64,000 nt of DNA from an uncultured Poribacteria bacterium (lineage in GTDB: Bacteria > Poribacteria > WGA-4E > WGA-3G), in the NCBI GenBank assembly GCA_958296135.2, contig CATQHZ020000001.1:3840001-3904000 (forward strand). Direction: 5' to 3'. This document shows, one piece after another, positions 30,309 to 39,838 of this stretch. How positions within the stretch are numbered: position 1 is the stretch's first letter; the number at the start of each line of letters is the position of its first letter. A model generated the notes under the pieces. That model did not search any database. It saw only the letters and a list, made by a program, of their open reading frames with translations, and was not told the DNA's origin. The translations under genes were made by a program, and so were the position numbers.

Positions 30309-30324
30309 AGCAAAATGCGTGCCA
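30309..30324 (-). promoter_or_regulatory. Sigma54 (-24/-12) promoter for barrel-amt genes
   Basis: TGGCACGCATTTTGCT matches TGGCACG-N4-TTGCW exactly. Confidence 0.85.
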
Positions 30325-30444
30325 ATTGTCGCTGAAAGCCTATCTCCGCCGATGAAGAAGGGACATGGAGGCGTGCGGCTCTCGGGTTGCTCGCTGAGTG
30401 CCCTCCCTATTTTTCTGCGCTTAGGAGACAAACTGATAATAAAA

Positions 30445-31899
30445 ATGCTGAAATTTTCATCAAAACATTGCCAAAAAGATTTGCAATCGGTAGCCGCGCT
30501 GTGGAAATGCACGCCGCTGTTGAGCACCGTTGTTATCATTGGCGCGATGCTCCGATTCTGGAAACTAGGTGAGTGGAGTTTCTGGAAGGACGAAGTCTTC
30601 ATGGTGCTAGACGCGCAACAGCTCACCCTAGACAACTCGCCTATTAACCCGATTCCGTATCTGGCGGTGAAGTTATCCATCATCCTCGCAGGCGATAGCG
30701 AATGGGGAAGTCGCCTCATGCCATGCATCGTAGGCATTCTCTCTATTCCTATCATCTTTGGTTTGGGAAGGACGCTCTTCAATTGGCGGGTAGGGCTTCT
30801 CGCAGCGGCGTTCGTATCGTTCTCTAGTTGGCATCTGTTTTGGGCACAGAACGCGCGTTGTTCCTACATCTGGACATTTCTTTTCGCGGCGTTAACGGCG
30901 TGGCTCTTCTATCTGTCGGTAAAACGCAATTCCATGCTGTTGACATTCGGCGCGCTTTTCACCTGTATCTGTCTGATTTTATCGCATCTCCTCGCGGTGT
31001 TTATGGTGCCGGCGCTAGCGGTGTACGCGGTATTTTGTCTGTTGGATTTGCAATCTGGCGCGCCCTCCCGGTCGCGATTAGAAAATCGCGACTACCGAAA
31101 GATGTGGCTAAATTTGCTCATCTTTTTCGGGCCGTTCGCCGCACCGATGCTAGCACTCGTGCACCCGAAAATTCACGGATACCTCTTCTCCGGATGGGGG
31201 CTCAACGAATGGAGTCGCAGCCCCCTCTACATTGTGCTGACGCTCGTCCAAGGGGTGAGTATCCCAATAGCCGTTACCGCTTTCTTCGGGGGCATCGCCT
31301 CCCCATCTAAGCGTCCCACTCGGTTTCTCATCTGTTACGCCGGTGTCCCGCTGCTGCTCTTTCTGATTGCATCGCAGTTCCAAAACGTCGCAGGCTACTA
31401 TCTATTCTGGACAACGCCGGCGTACTTCATCCTCGCCGCAGTCGCATGTGAACGGCTATACGCGAAGTTAGGACGCACGCTCTTCGGCGCGCTCGTACCC
31501 TGCATCCTCCTCCTAAACATGGCAGCACAAGACTATCTCTATTTTAACGTCGAAAACGGCGGGCGGCCGAAATGGCGCGAGACTTTTGATGTCATCCGAA
31601 CATATAAGAAACCTAACGATAAAGTGGTACTCTCAGAACCGGAGATGGGGAAATATTACCTCCCAGAATTGGAAACGATTTACATCGGGAGTTTGATAGA
31701 AAACGCGGCAGGATTTGAGAAGCAGTGGATATCGCAGAAGCACCGGTTGTGGTTCGTCGTCGATGTGGGGAGTTTTAACGTGTTCGATGCAAATAAGAAG
31801 GTACGTGAATGGATTCGCCAGCGCGGACGCATGGTTCGCACGTTACCGACATTTTCTCGGGCGAAAGAGCGCACGATCTACCTCTATTTGCTGGAGTGA
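30445..31899 (+). CDS. GT-C fold membrane glycosyltransferase (family 39 / ArnT-PMT-like)
   Basis: LRFWKLGEWSFWKDE, AQNAR motifs, many TM helices; start uncertain. Confidence 0.85.
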   Translation: MLKFSSKHCQKDLQSVAALWKCTPLLSTVVIIGAMLRFWKLGEWSFWKDEVFMVLDAQQLTLDNSPINPIPYLAVKLSIILAGDSEWGSRLMPCIVGILSIPIIFGLGRTLFNWRVGLLAAAFVSFSSWHLFWAQNARCSYIWTFLFAALTAWLFYLSVKRNSMLLTFGALFTCICLILSHLLAVFMVPALAVYAVFCLLDLQSGAPSRSRLENRDYRKMWLNLLIFFGPFAAPMLALVHPKIHGYLFSGWGLNEWSRSPLYIVLTLVQGVSIPIAVTAFFGGIASPSKRPTRFLICYAGVPLLLFLIASQFQNVAGYYLFWTTPAYFILAAVACERLYAKLGRTLFGALVPCILLLNMAAQDYLYFNVENGGRPKWRETFDVIRTYKKPNDKVVLSEPEMGKYYLPELETIYIGSLIENAAGFEKQWISQKHRLWFVVDVGSFNVFDANKKVREWIRQRGRMVRTLPTFSRAKERTIYLYLLE

Positions 31900-32096
31900 C
31901 ACCAAATTGTGTCGATTCGTCTCGCATCTGTAGGTGGCACTCGCCCGGTTTTGCCCTGTTTGAGAACGCTTGGAGACAGCTGTCCTTACCCTTCCTGCGA
32001 GAACGGAAGCGGCCTGTTTTTTCTCATTTTAATTTCACAAATGCCTTCCTATCGGATACCATTAACAGTAAAACTTCGCATGCGATGAGGTGTAAC

Positions 32097-33365
32097 ATGA
32101 AATTCACCGATGCAGTTGCCTCGGGCATTCTTCATCTTCAGCAAAACCGTTTTCGCGCGGGCTTGTCTATTCTCGGCATTTTCATCGGCATCGCGGGGGT
32201 GCTTTGCATGATAGCCATCGGCGATGGCGCGAAAAAAATCATCGTCAAAGATATCGAAAAACTTGGAGGGGCGAATCAGTTCACACTCTGGACGCGCACC
32301 TCCACTTTCAAACGCGGACGGCTCCGCCGCACCACGGAACGATACACCTTTGAGGACGCTGAGGCACTTGAGGCAGAATGCCCCGATGTCCTCTATGTCT
32401 TGCCCTATCATGAATCGTTCGACAACCCTGTTAGCACCCGAACTGGAAATCAAGCCGTGGCATATTTACAAGGGACTACTGAAAACTATGCACTCGGCAT
32501 GAACTGGGAACTACAAGTTGGCAGATTTCTCACCGAAAATGATGTAGAGACAGCCACCCAGGTCTGCGTCTTGGGTTCCGGCATCGCGAGGGAGTTGTTT
32601 GGATACGCGTCTCCGTTAGGGCAAGAAGTAAAGATCCGGTATTATTATCATCACCGGCAAAAGCCCGTCCGGATGCGCGTTGTCGGTGTGATGAAACCGA
32701 AAGGCCGTAGCCTCACCTGGGAGTATTCCTTGGATGATGCCGTCTGTATCCCATTGACAACCTGTCAACAACGGCTAACAGGCACGCGTTACGTTGAAAA
32801 CTTGATTGTCTTTTTTCAAAAGGGCACCGATTTTAACAGTGTCATCGATTCTGCTAAGGATGCCCTGCGTAAAAGACACCGGGGGCAAGATGACTTTATC
32901 GGGTACTACGTGCCGCAACTGACGTACCATCGGCTGGCGCACATCCAAAAGGTGATAAAGATCGCCCTGGGCAGCATTGCCGGCTTCTCGCTGTTTGTCG
33001 GGGGCATCGGTATCATGAATATCTGTCTCGTCTCTGTTGGTGAGAAGACGCGGGAGATAGGGCTGCGAAAATCGGTGGGCGCAAAACGGAAGGACATTTT
33101 CTGGCAATTCTTAACCGAATCGGTTTGCCTCTGCGTTTGTGGCGCGCTCCTTGGCGTTGGGGGTGGATGGCTCGCGGCACATGGCATGGCCTATCTCGCT
33201 GTCCGGATCGCGCCGGTAGTACCGGTGTGGCCGGTGGTTTTGTCAGGACCCTGGATCGTCATTGCAATAGGTTTTTCATTCTTACTAGGAATTGGTTTTG
33301 GTCTGTATCCGGCAGTTCGGGCTGCACGGATGTCGCCGATAGATGCCCTCCGGACAGATACCTAA
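32097..33365 (+). CDS. MacB/FtsX-family ABC transporter permease
   Basis: LSILGIFIGI, VGGIGIMN, EKTREIGLRKSVGA, PIDALR motifs. Confidence 0.93.
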   Translation: MKFTDAVASGILHLQQNRFRAGLSILGIFIGIAGVLCMIAIGDGAKKIIVKDIEKLGGANQFTLWTRTSTFKRGRLRRTTERYTFEDAEALEAECPDVLYVLPYHESFDNPVSTRTGNQAVAYLQGTTENYALGMNWELQVGRFLTENDVETATQVCVLGSGIARELFGYASPLGQEVKIRYYYHHRQKPVRMRVVGVMKPKGRSLTWEYSLDDAVCIPLTTCQQRLTGTRYVENLIVFFQKGTDFNSVIDSAKDALRKRHRGQDDFIGYYVPQLTYHRLAHIQKVIKIALGSIAGFSLFVGGIGIMNICLVSVGEKTREIGLRKSVGAKRKDIFWQFLTESVCLCVCGALLGVGGGWLAAHGMAYLAVRIAPVVPVWPVVLSGPWIVIAIGFSFLLGIGFGLYPAVRAARMSPIDALRTDT

Positions 33366-33460
33366 TACCGAATTAAGTTGGTTTTTCGTCAACGAGACAG
33401 TTGAACCTCATTTGGTACTACGGCATTGAAACGGTTCAAACGAATTCGGTATACGTGGAC

Positions 33461-33498
33461 AAAAAAAAGAAAAAGGCGAGGGCAATAGCCCTCGCCTT
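33461..33498 (-). terminator. Rho-independent terminator
   Basis: AAGGCGAGGGC-loop-GCCCTCGCCTT stem followed by long T run on minus strand, after stop at 33523. Confidence 0.85.
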
Positions 33499-33522
33499 AT
33501 GCATTGTGGCAATCCAACGTGA

Positions 33523-34257
33523 CTACCAAGTGCGCGTGAAACTTAACCTGCCCGTAAGCCCAGTGTCATCTTCGCCCTTTTCCAAGTCATAGCCGACGAG
33601 GACACCGAGGGTGTTATTTTCACCGTAAGCGATGTTGATGCGCCCCCCGATAATCGTACTGAAAGGGGTAACGCCATCAACAAGCCCGAGAACCGTTTCA
33701 AACTGCGGGCCCAGGTCAACGGTATCGTTAATCTTGTAGGTAAGCCGATTCCGAGTATAAACCGTGTTCGTCGCGTCGTCTGAGAAAGACGGGAGAAAGA
33801 ACGTCCCGATCGTCCACGATTGAAAATAAAACTTACCTGCAGGTAAGAAGACAAACATCTGCGGAAAGAGTGTCGCGGGGCCGTTCGCGCCAGCATAGTC
33901 AAACCCAACACCGAGCGTCGGCAAAAGGGTAAGACTCATGCTGTCGCCTTTCACAACCGGGAGGACAACGCCGAAGTCATACTCGCCTCTCGTGCCGCCA
34001 ATATAAATAGTAGAAGCCAGCGGGATACCGCCGACGACATGCGTAGCACCGATGAGGAAGTTCGTCCCTAGCGAATCGGTATCCACGCGGAACCAGCCGG
34101 GAATGCTGGCCTTTTCTTCCGCCGCTGCACCCTCTTCATGCTCAGCGTGGCTCTCTTCAGCCTCATGGCTGTCCGCAAAAGCCGTCGAAAATCCAGCAAC
34201 GGACACAACACAAATGATCACCAAAAGATAGGTTAACCAATGCGCGTTGATTTTCAT
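33523..34257 (-). CDS. Putative small outer-membrane beta-barrel protein, paralog of 29407-30126
   Basis: Shared GWFR.DTD.LGT, YGENNTLG, EDDTGLTGR..F.R.W; signal peptide and His/Glu-rich linker. Confidence 0.7.
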   Translation of the reverse strand: MKINAHWLTYLLVIICVVSVAGFSTAFADSHEAEESHAEHEEGAAAEEKASIPGWFRVDTDSLGTNFLIGATHVVGGIPLASTIYIGGTRGEYDFGVVLPVVKGDSMSLTLLPTLGVGFDYAGANGPATLFPQMFVFLPAGKFYFQSWTIGTFFLPSFSDDATNTVYTRNRLTYKINDTVDLGPQFETVLGLVDGVTPFSTIIGGRINIAYGENNTLGVLVGYDLEKGEDDTGLTGRLSFTRTW

Positions 34258-34424
34258 ACAAATCTCCTTATTTTTACCAAGGTTTACGCAAAAATTCACA
34301 GGCACCGGGCAACGCGGCCTCAAACCGCGCCTCTGCCGGGGTGTTACGCGTAAGTCCTATTAACATGTTACGCAAGTTAAAAACGATTTTTCTCGGTTAA
34401 TGATAACAAGAATCGCGCGAAAAT

Positions 34425-35114
34425 TCAAGAGGCTTTTTGAACCTCGGCCATCAGCCGTTCCAATTTCCGCTTATCTTTGATACCTTTCGATGCCTCTACA
34501 CCTGAGCAGAGGTCGATGCCGTGCGGCCGGAGCGTCTCAATCGCCGCTTTGACGTTCTCCGGACGAATGCCGCCAGCGAAGAAAACAGGCAGCGGGCTCT
34601 CCGCAATGAGCTCGCCTGCAACGTGCCAGTCACAGGTTTTGCCAGTGCCACCGTATCGCGGTTTCTCACCGCGCATCTCAACGGTGTCAAAGAGGAGAAA
34701 ATCGGCACCCGCATCGCAATAGGCAGCCATCTCCGCGCGAACGGCGCGAACATCTACGTTCTCTCGGCTTCCCGCGGGGAGATAGACAGATTTCCAGAGC
34801 TGGCACTGAACCCTCCGTCTCAGCGTTTCAACTTGTTGTGGCGGTTCCCGCGCGAGGAGTTGCACTGCAAACGGGTTAATCCGCGATACCGCATCGCAGA
34901 TGTCCGCAGTGGTGCGATTGAAGAGCAAAAGCACCGTCGGAATCGGACTGCCTTTGGCGATTTCCACCGCCTTGGCAGTAGAGAGAGAGCGTTCTGATGC
35001 AGCAACGTCAACGAGCACACCGGCGTAATCCGCACCAGCATCGGCGGCGAGTCGTGCGTCATGAACGGAGGTGATACCGCAGATTTTGACGCTGCAACGT
35101 GTATTTTTGGACAT
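34425..35114 (-). CDS. trpF: Phosphoribosylanthranilate isomerase
   Basis: VKICGIT, GGTG, AGGIRPENV, DLCSGVE motifs. Confidence 0.9.
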   Translation of the reverse strand: MSKNTRCSVKICGITSVHDARLAADAGADYAGVLVDVAASERSLSTAKAVEIAKGSPIPTVLLLFNRTTADICDAVSRINPFAVQLLAREPPQQVETLRRRVQCQLWKSVYLPAGSRENVDVRAVRAEMAAYCDAGADFLLFDTVEMRGEKPRYGGTGKTCDWHVAGELIAESPLPVFFAGGIRPENVKAAIETLRPHGIDLCSGVEASKGIKDKRKLERLMAEVQKAS

Positions 35115-35154
35115 ATCGTAAAATCCTAATCCTATTGGAACCGGAAGGACCCGC

Positions 35155-35514
35155 CTACTCGCAGAAGATTGTCTGCCGGTCGGCATCCGAATAGCAGATA
35201 ATCATCGTGACAGGCTGCCAGCCGGTGTTGACAGCGTTGTGTTTGACGTTCCGCGGAATACGCAACATCATCCCCGGTTTGAGCGGGATAACTTCATCGC
35301 CCAACTTGTGGGCGCACTCCCCAGAGAGGACATAGATGAGCTCCTCACAGTTCGGGTGGTAGTGCGTCGGATTACATTCACATGCGTTAATGTAAACAAT
35401 ACCGAAGGTCATCTCTGCGGCCGGATCGATCTGGTTATTGCAGAGCCACTTGATAGCACCCCACGGAAATTCAAGGGCCCCGGCTTCGTTACTATTCGTT
35501 AAAGTTATTTCCAT
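35155..35514 (-). CDS. Cupin domain protein
   Basis: HYHPNCEE...H cupin metal motif. Confidence 0.9.
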   Translation of the reverse strand: MEITLTNSNEAGALEFPWGAIKWLCNNQIDPAAEMTFGIVYINACECNPTHYHPNCEELIYVLSGECAHKLGDEVIPLKPGMMLRIPRNVKHNAVNTGWQPVTMIICYSDADRQTIFCE

Positions 35515-35544
35515 ATTCGACTCCTTTGGTAGACAGTAGCAAAA

Positions 35545-36414
35545 TCAGATTGAGAAACAGGTTAATCGACTCTCGGCATACGCTTGCAAGCCGCATGGCG
35601 GTTCTTCATGCAGATAACCGACAGGCGCGCAGAGAGCCCTGACACTGCCAATATCCATGTCAATCTGCCGGTGCGTATGCCCAAAGAGGACATGCGTGAC
35701 AAGCGGCTCCTGCAAGCAGATCGCGCCGAACCGCACGCTCCCCATGAAGGCGCGGAAAAAGTCCCACGGTAATTCCCCGTGGTATCGGATGCACTCCCGA
35801 AACGGAACGTGATGCGTGACGACAATGATACGCGACACCTCTTCACGGAGAACAGTGAACTGTTTGCAGAGTTTCGCAACCAATCGGCGCGTCACGGCAA
35901 GATCGGTGTCTCCCCACTTCGCGTATCGCTTATCATTCCAGACGACACCCATCAGTTGTTTTTGGGCATACTGCGCATCGGAAAACTCATAACCTTCCGG
36001 CGCAAAGGAATAATCATACCAACCGATGGTGCCACAGAAACCGACTTTGGCATCGGAAGGACAGATGTCTCTAGCCACCCGTTGTTTGACAAACGGTGCC
36101 TCCATGAGCGGATGAAACCCGCACTCATAACAGAGTGCTGAGATAATCTGGCATTTCTGTTCACTCGTGACATTCGGCGTCTCAATAGCCCAGATGTCAT
36201 GATTGCCGGGAACGAACACCTTGTCACACGCCAACTCTGCCTCGTGAAAGGCGTTGAGGGTTTCTGAGAGGGCCGTTAAATGGCGCGCCAGGTCGCCGGC
36301 AAGGACGAACACGTCAAGTTCAGCAGCTTTCACTGCGCAAATCAGATGCGGCACGAGCGCCTTATTCTGCGGCGTAACATCCGTGTGCAAATCTGAAATG
36401 AGTCCAATTTTCAT
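35545..36414 (-). CDS. Metallophosphoesterase
   Basis: SDLH, AGD, GNHD, HH, GHTH motifs. Confidence 0.92.
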   Translation of the reverse strand: MKIGLISDLHTDVTPQNKALVPHLICAVKAAELDVFVLAGDLARHLTALSETLNAFHEAELACDKVFVPGNHDIWAIETPNVTSEQKCQIISALCYECGFHPLMEAPFVKQRVARDICPSDAKVGFCGTIGWYDYSFAPEGYEFSDAQYAQKQLMGVVWNDKRYAKWGDTDLAVTRRLVAKLCKQFTVLREEVSRIIVVTHHVPFRECIRYHGELPWDFFRAFMGSVRFGAICLQEPLVTHVLFGHTHRQIDMDIGSVRALCAPVGYLHEEPPCGLQAYAESRLTCFSI

Positions 36415-36504
36415 GCCGCCTCTCAACACCGAGTTCTTTTCTCTAATCTACATAAGCACCCGATAGAGCCAAGTGGCGCCTGAACCAAAGAGGTTCACCG
36501 GGTA

Positions 36505-37944
36505 TTACCTCGGCTCAGACGCTAAATTCTTGAAGACCTCGGCCAAAAAGATGCGAATGCCGGTGTCGTCTTCTTGGAACCGGGTGCGCTGGCGTTCTAG
36601 TGCCTCAAGTGCCGGTGCATCGCCGATTTTTGCGAGGGCATCGACGAGTGTGAGCTGGATTGCCGGTTCCTCGGCGGATTCTAGCGCGTTAATGAGCAGA
36701 TTCCGCGCCTTGGTACCGCCGATACCGCCGAGCGCGGAAACAGCGATATCCTTCGTGCTTGTATCCGCACCTTCAAAAGCAGCGATGAGTGCGTCAACGG
36801 CCGGGTCGCCAATCTGACTGAGGGCCAACCCCGCTTGAAAACGGATACCGGGAAGCTCCCCCGGATTTTTGAGCACCACGACAAGCGCGTCAATTGCCGA
36901 TGCCGGTCTCAGAATGCCTAGCATTGAGAGGCAGGCACGCCGAATTTCCTGTTCCGGTTCCACCGCACGTTGGATATACCGCTGCGCAAGTGTCACTAAC
37001 TGCCCCTCGTTGATTTTCTGATGCAGTGCCGCGGCACGGTGACGGAATTGTGTACCGAAGGGAGCCTTCAACGTCGCCGTATTTTCGGCAAGATCGACGG
37101 TGAGCAATCCCAGAATCGCGGCAGATTCTAACTGCTGTGCCTGCAGACTATCAGCCGGAAGCTCATCTACGTTCGCGGCCTGGAATTGCTGGAAGAGCTC
37201 ATTGAGCGCGCTCAATTCTACGAGCCGTTCTAAACTGCTCACCGCCGCTTTGCGAAGTGAAAGCTCGGAACTGTTTGTGAAGATATCCATGAGCGGCTCA
37301 ACGGCGCGCGTATCGCCGAGCTCACCAAGCGCGGTGACAGAAGCGATTTTTACACCGATGAGCTCCGAAGTTCGGAAAGTCACCTGCTGTTTTGAAAATT
37401 CGCCGAGCGTCTTCTTGTAGTCGCCAAGGCTGTGGATTTTCCGCTCATCGACGACTTTTTCGACAATATCGCCCACCTCAATATCCAAGTTTGCAGCGGG
37501 AGTACCGGGTTGGATTTCCTTGACGCGGACGGTGCTGCCACCCTCAACCTTCAACCCAATCTTATCGCCAAGCCGACGAATAGCGATGCGAAACGGCGGT
37601 TTGTCTTTGATATAAAGAACTAGGTTATTATCCTCATCAATCGCCTTTTTCATCGCGCTGTTGAAATCCCCAGCGTTTTGGATCGGATATTCCGCAATGA
37701 TATAGGAGATGAGCTCGCCTACCTCCACATCCGCTTTGTCCGCTGGGCCGTTTGGTGTCATGGCCAAGACGACAACACCACTAGTAGACCAGCGGTTCTC
37801 GAGGTCGCTGTCAAGTTGCTGCACCTCCATCTGCATGCGTTCGTCGTAGTAACGGCTGTCACATCCGAGCCCGAAGACGAGCGCGAGAAAGAAGAGCGGC
37901 AAGATAAATGCGTTTGGATTTCGGTCCGCAAATGTTTTAAGCAT
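36505..37944 (-). CDS. Lipoprotein with PDZ and HEAT repeat domains
   Basis: Lipobox LGC; GPADKADVEVGE and GTPAANLDIEVGD PDZ motifs; ALGELGD/ALSQIGD HEAT repeats. Confidence 0.8.
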   Translation of the reverse strand: MLKTFADRNPNAFILPLFFLALVFGLGCDSRYYDERMQMEVQQLDSDLENRWSTSGVVVLAMTPNGPADKADVEVGELISYIIAEYPIQNAGDFNSAMKKAIDEDNNLVLYIKDKPPFRIAIRRLGDKIGLKVEGGSTVRVKEIQPGTPAANLDIEVGDIVEKVVDERKIHSLGDYKKTLGEFSKQQVTFRTSELIGVKIASVTALGELGDTRAVEPLMDIFTNSSELSLRKAAVSSLERLVELSALNELFQQFQAANVDELPADSLQAQQLESAAILGLLTVDLAENTATLKAPFGTQFRHRAAALHQKINEGQLVTLAQRYIQRAVEPEQEIRRACLSMLGILRPASAIDALVVVLKNPGELPGIRFQAGLALSQIGDPAVDALIAAFEGADTSTKDIAVSALGGIGGTKARNLLINALESAEEPAIQLTLVDALAKIGDAPALEALERQRTRFQEDDTGIRIFLAEVFKNLASEPR

Positions 37945-37995
37945 AGAAACTCCTTTCGGACGGTATCAAGACCGGGAGGGCCTGCCTACAAGTCG

Positions 37996-38907
37996 TTAAT
38001 TCGCGAACGGGATAACGACTTCCCGGCTGCTCTGTGCCTTCAGCGCGTCTAAGAGCGGCACCACCGCTTTCTCATCGCCGAGAGAGGACAAAGCGCGGAT
38101 GGCATCAACGCGTAACGACGAACCTTTGTTCTGCACAATTTTGACGAGTTCTGGCACGGCAGCCCCACCGATTTTGCCGAGGGCCTCCACAGCGAGCTGG
38201 CGAACCTCGGGCTTCTCCCGGTCCCGTTTCCATTTGGCAGAACCTGAGTCAATCAGCGCGGCGAGAGACGGAATCGCTTGTTCGCTGCCCACTTCGCCGA
38301 GTGCTTTGACCGCGTTCAGGCGCGTTTCCATTCTGCCGTGGTCCAGCAGTTTGACTAATATCGGAACGAGCGTCCCCGGGTCTTCCTTGCCGAGATGTCC
38401 TAGCACCCAGTGTGCATCGTGCCGGTCGCGATTGTCTTTAGACTTCATCGCTTTTTCGAGTTGGCTCAAGAGTCGGCTCCGGTCGCCTTTTCGGTATACC
38501 TGCTGTAGCGCAACAAGGGCGGCGTTCTGAACATCAGGTTCATCGTCGCGGAGCGTCTCAAAGATAAGCGTCTCAAGGTATTTACGCTGTTCGGTTTGAT
38601 AAGCGCGGAACATGTGATTGCCACGTTCAGCAATAGCGGCTTTCTCCCACTCCGGGGTCCCAGGTTCGTAAAACTCCTGTGAGTCGTAAAAGCCGAGCAG
38701 ATAGTGCGCTTCAGCGATATCCGGCTGTTGCTGGATGGCCAGTTTAAATTCGCGCACGGCGCGCTCCTCTTTTCGCCGTTTGTCGGACTTAATCAACTCC
38801 TTCCCTTTGGACAGGTTTTCGTTCTGAGTGCCGCACGCGACGATGAAAACGGCAAGCCCGAGGGCAAGGCAGAAGGAGCGTAGTGAACTTATCGCGCAAT
38901 TTCTCAT
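37996..38907 (-). CDS. Lipoprotein with TPR-like and HEAT repeats
   Basis: Lipobox VACG; AEAHYLLG; ALGEVG/ALGKIG repeats. Confidence 0.8.
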   Translation of the reverse strand: MRNCAISSLRSFCLALGLAVFIVACGTQNENLSKGKELIKSDKRRKEERAVREFKLAIQQQPDIAEAHYLLGFYDSQEFYEPGTPEWEKAAIAERGNHMFRAYQTEQRKYLETLIFETLRDDEPDVQNAALVALQQVYRKGDRSRLLSQLEKAMKSKDNRDRHDAHWVLGHLGKEDPGTLVPILVKLLDHGRMETRLNAVKALGEVGSEQAIPSLAALIDSGSAKWKRDREKPEVRQLAVEALGKIGGAAVPELVKIVQNKGSSLRVDAIRALSSLGDEKAVVPLLDALKAQSSREVVIPFAN

Positions 38908-38985
38908 GATAGGTTCTCCATGACATTCGCCAATAAAGGCGGGCTGTAAGGGCGGATGTCCCTATCCACCCTTACACGTTCGCTT

Positions 38986-39507
38986 TTACTGGTCGAGGAG
39001 CTCCTGCTGCTCACCATCAGCGGGTGTATCAGCAGAACTCTCCGGGGCAGGTTCTTCCTCGGCACCGAGCTCCTTTTGGAGGATGACGACCGGTTTTTCA
39101 GAGAACCCCCAGTCCTTATACCGTTGGATAACGGGGCCATCTGTCGGCGCGATTTCGATCTCAAGCGTTTTAACGCCGTTCTCCGCCGCGGTCGCCTCGG
39201 CAGCCTTGATGAGGTAATCTGCCACACCGAGCAGCCGGAACGGACCGGACACGGTGAGGGCACCGACTTGCCCGAGCTCGGCGTTACCGGGGTGCTTTTC
39301 CACCTTGATTTGCCCGATGGCGTAACCGCTGGCTTCTGCGACGAGCCGGAAGGTTTGGCTCCCATCCGTGAGCTCTGCCCTGAGTTCCTCCGTTACCTGC
39401 TTTTTGGTTTTATCCGCGAAGCAATATGTGTGTAAATGTTCAGCATCGTTTTCTTCCGCTGCCCGCACTTGTAGCGTGCCAGTCAGGTCAAAGTTTTGAT
39501 TTGCCAT
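38986..39507 (-). CDS. GNAT family N-acetyltransferase
   Basis: VSGPFRLLGVA acetyl-CoA motif, Y..WGF. Confidence 0.8.
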   Translation of the reverse strand: MANQNFDLTGTLQVRAAEENDAEHLHTYCFADKTKKQVTEELRAELTDGSQTFRLVAEASGYAIGQIKVEKHPGNAELGQVGALTVSGPFRLLGVADYLIKAAEATAAENGVKTLEIEIAPTDGPVIQRYKDWGFSEKPVVILQKELGAEEEPAPESSADTPADGEQQELLDQ

Positions 39508-39691
39508 TGTGATTTCTCCTATTAGGCCTTACGCAACCGCGCCCCGCCGACAGGGCATGGCGCGTACGCGCAAGTCTTAAGCATATAAAATGCACGGCGA
39601 GGGACCGGTTTCCCTCAACTACCCACTATTTTAACATAATTTCGCCCTAAATTACAAGAGAAAAACGTGGGCTGTCAGAAACATTCAGTTT

Positions 39692-39727
39692 TCAAATGCA
39701 CTGTCAAATGCACTGTCAAATGCACTG
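39692..39727. repeat. 12-bp tandem repeat x3
   Basis: TCAAATGCACTG three times, intergenic. Confidence 0.85.
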
Positions 39728-39838
39728 TAAGGACAGCCTGCTATATCTGTCCGTGTGCGGGGAGTGTCGGGTGGGAGGCGGAGATAGAAATCCGCCCTGA
39801 CAATTAACCGACAACGAAATGCAGCTGCAGGCGGCGCG

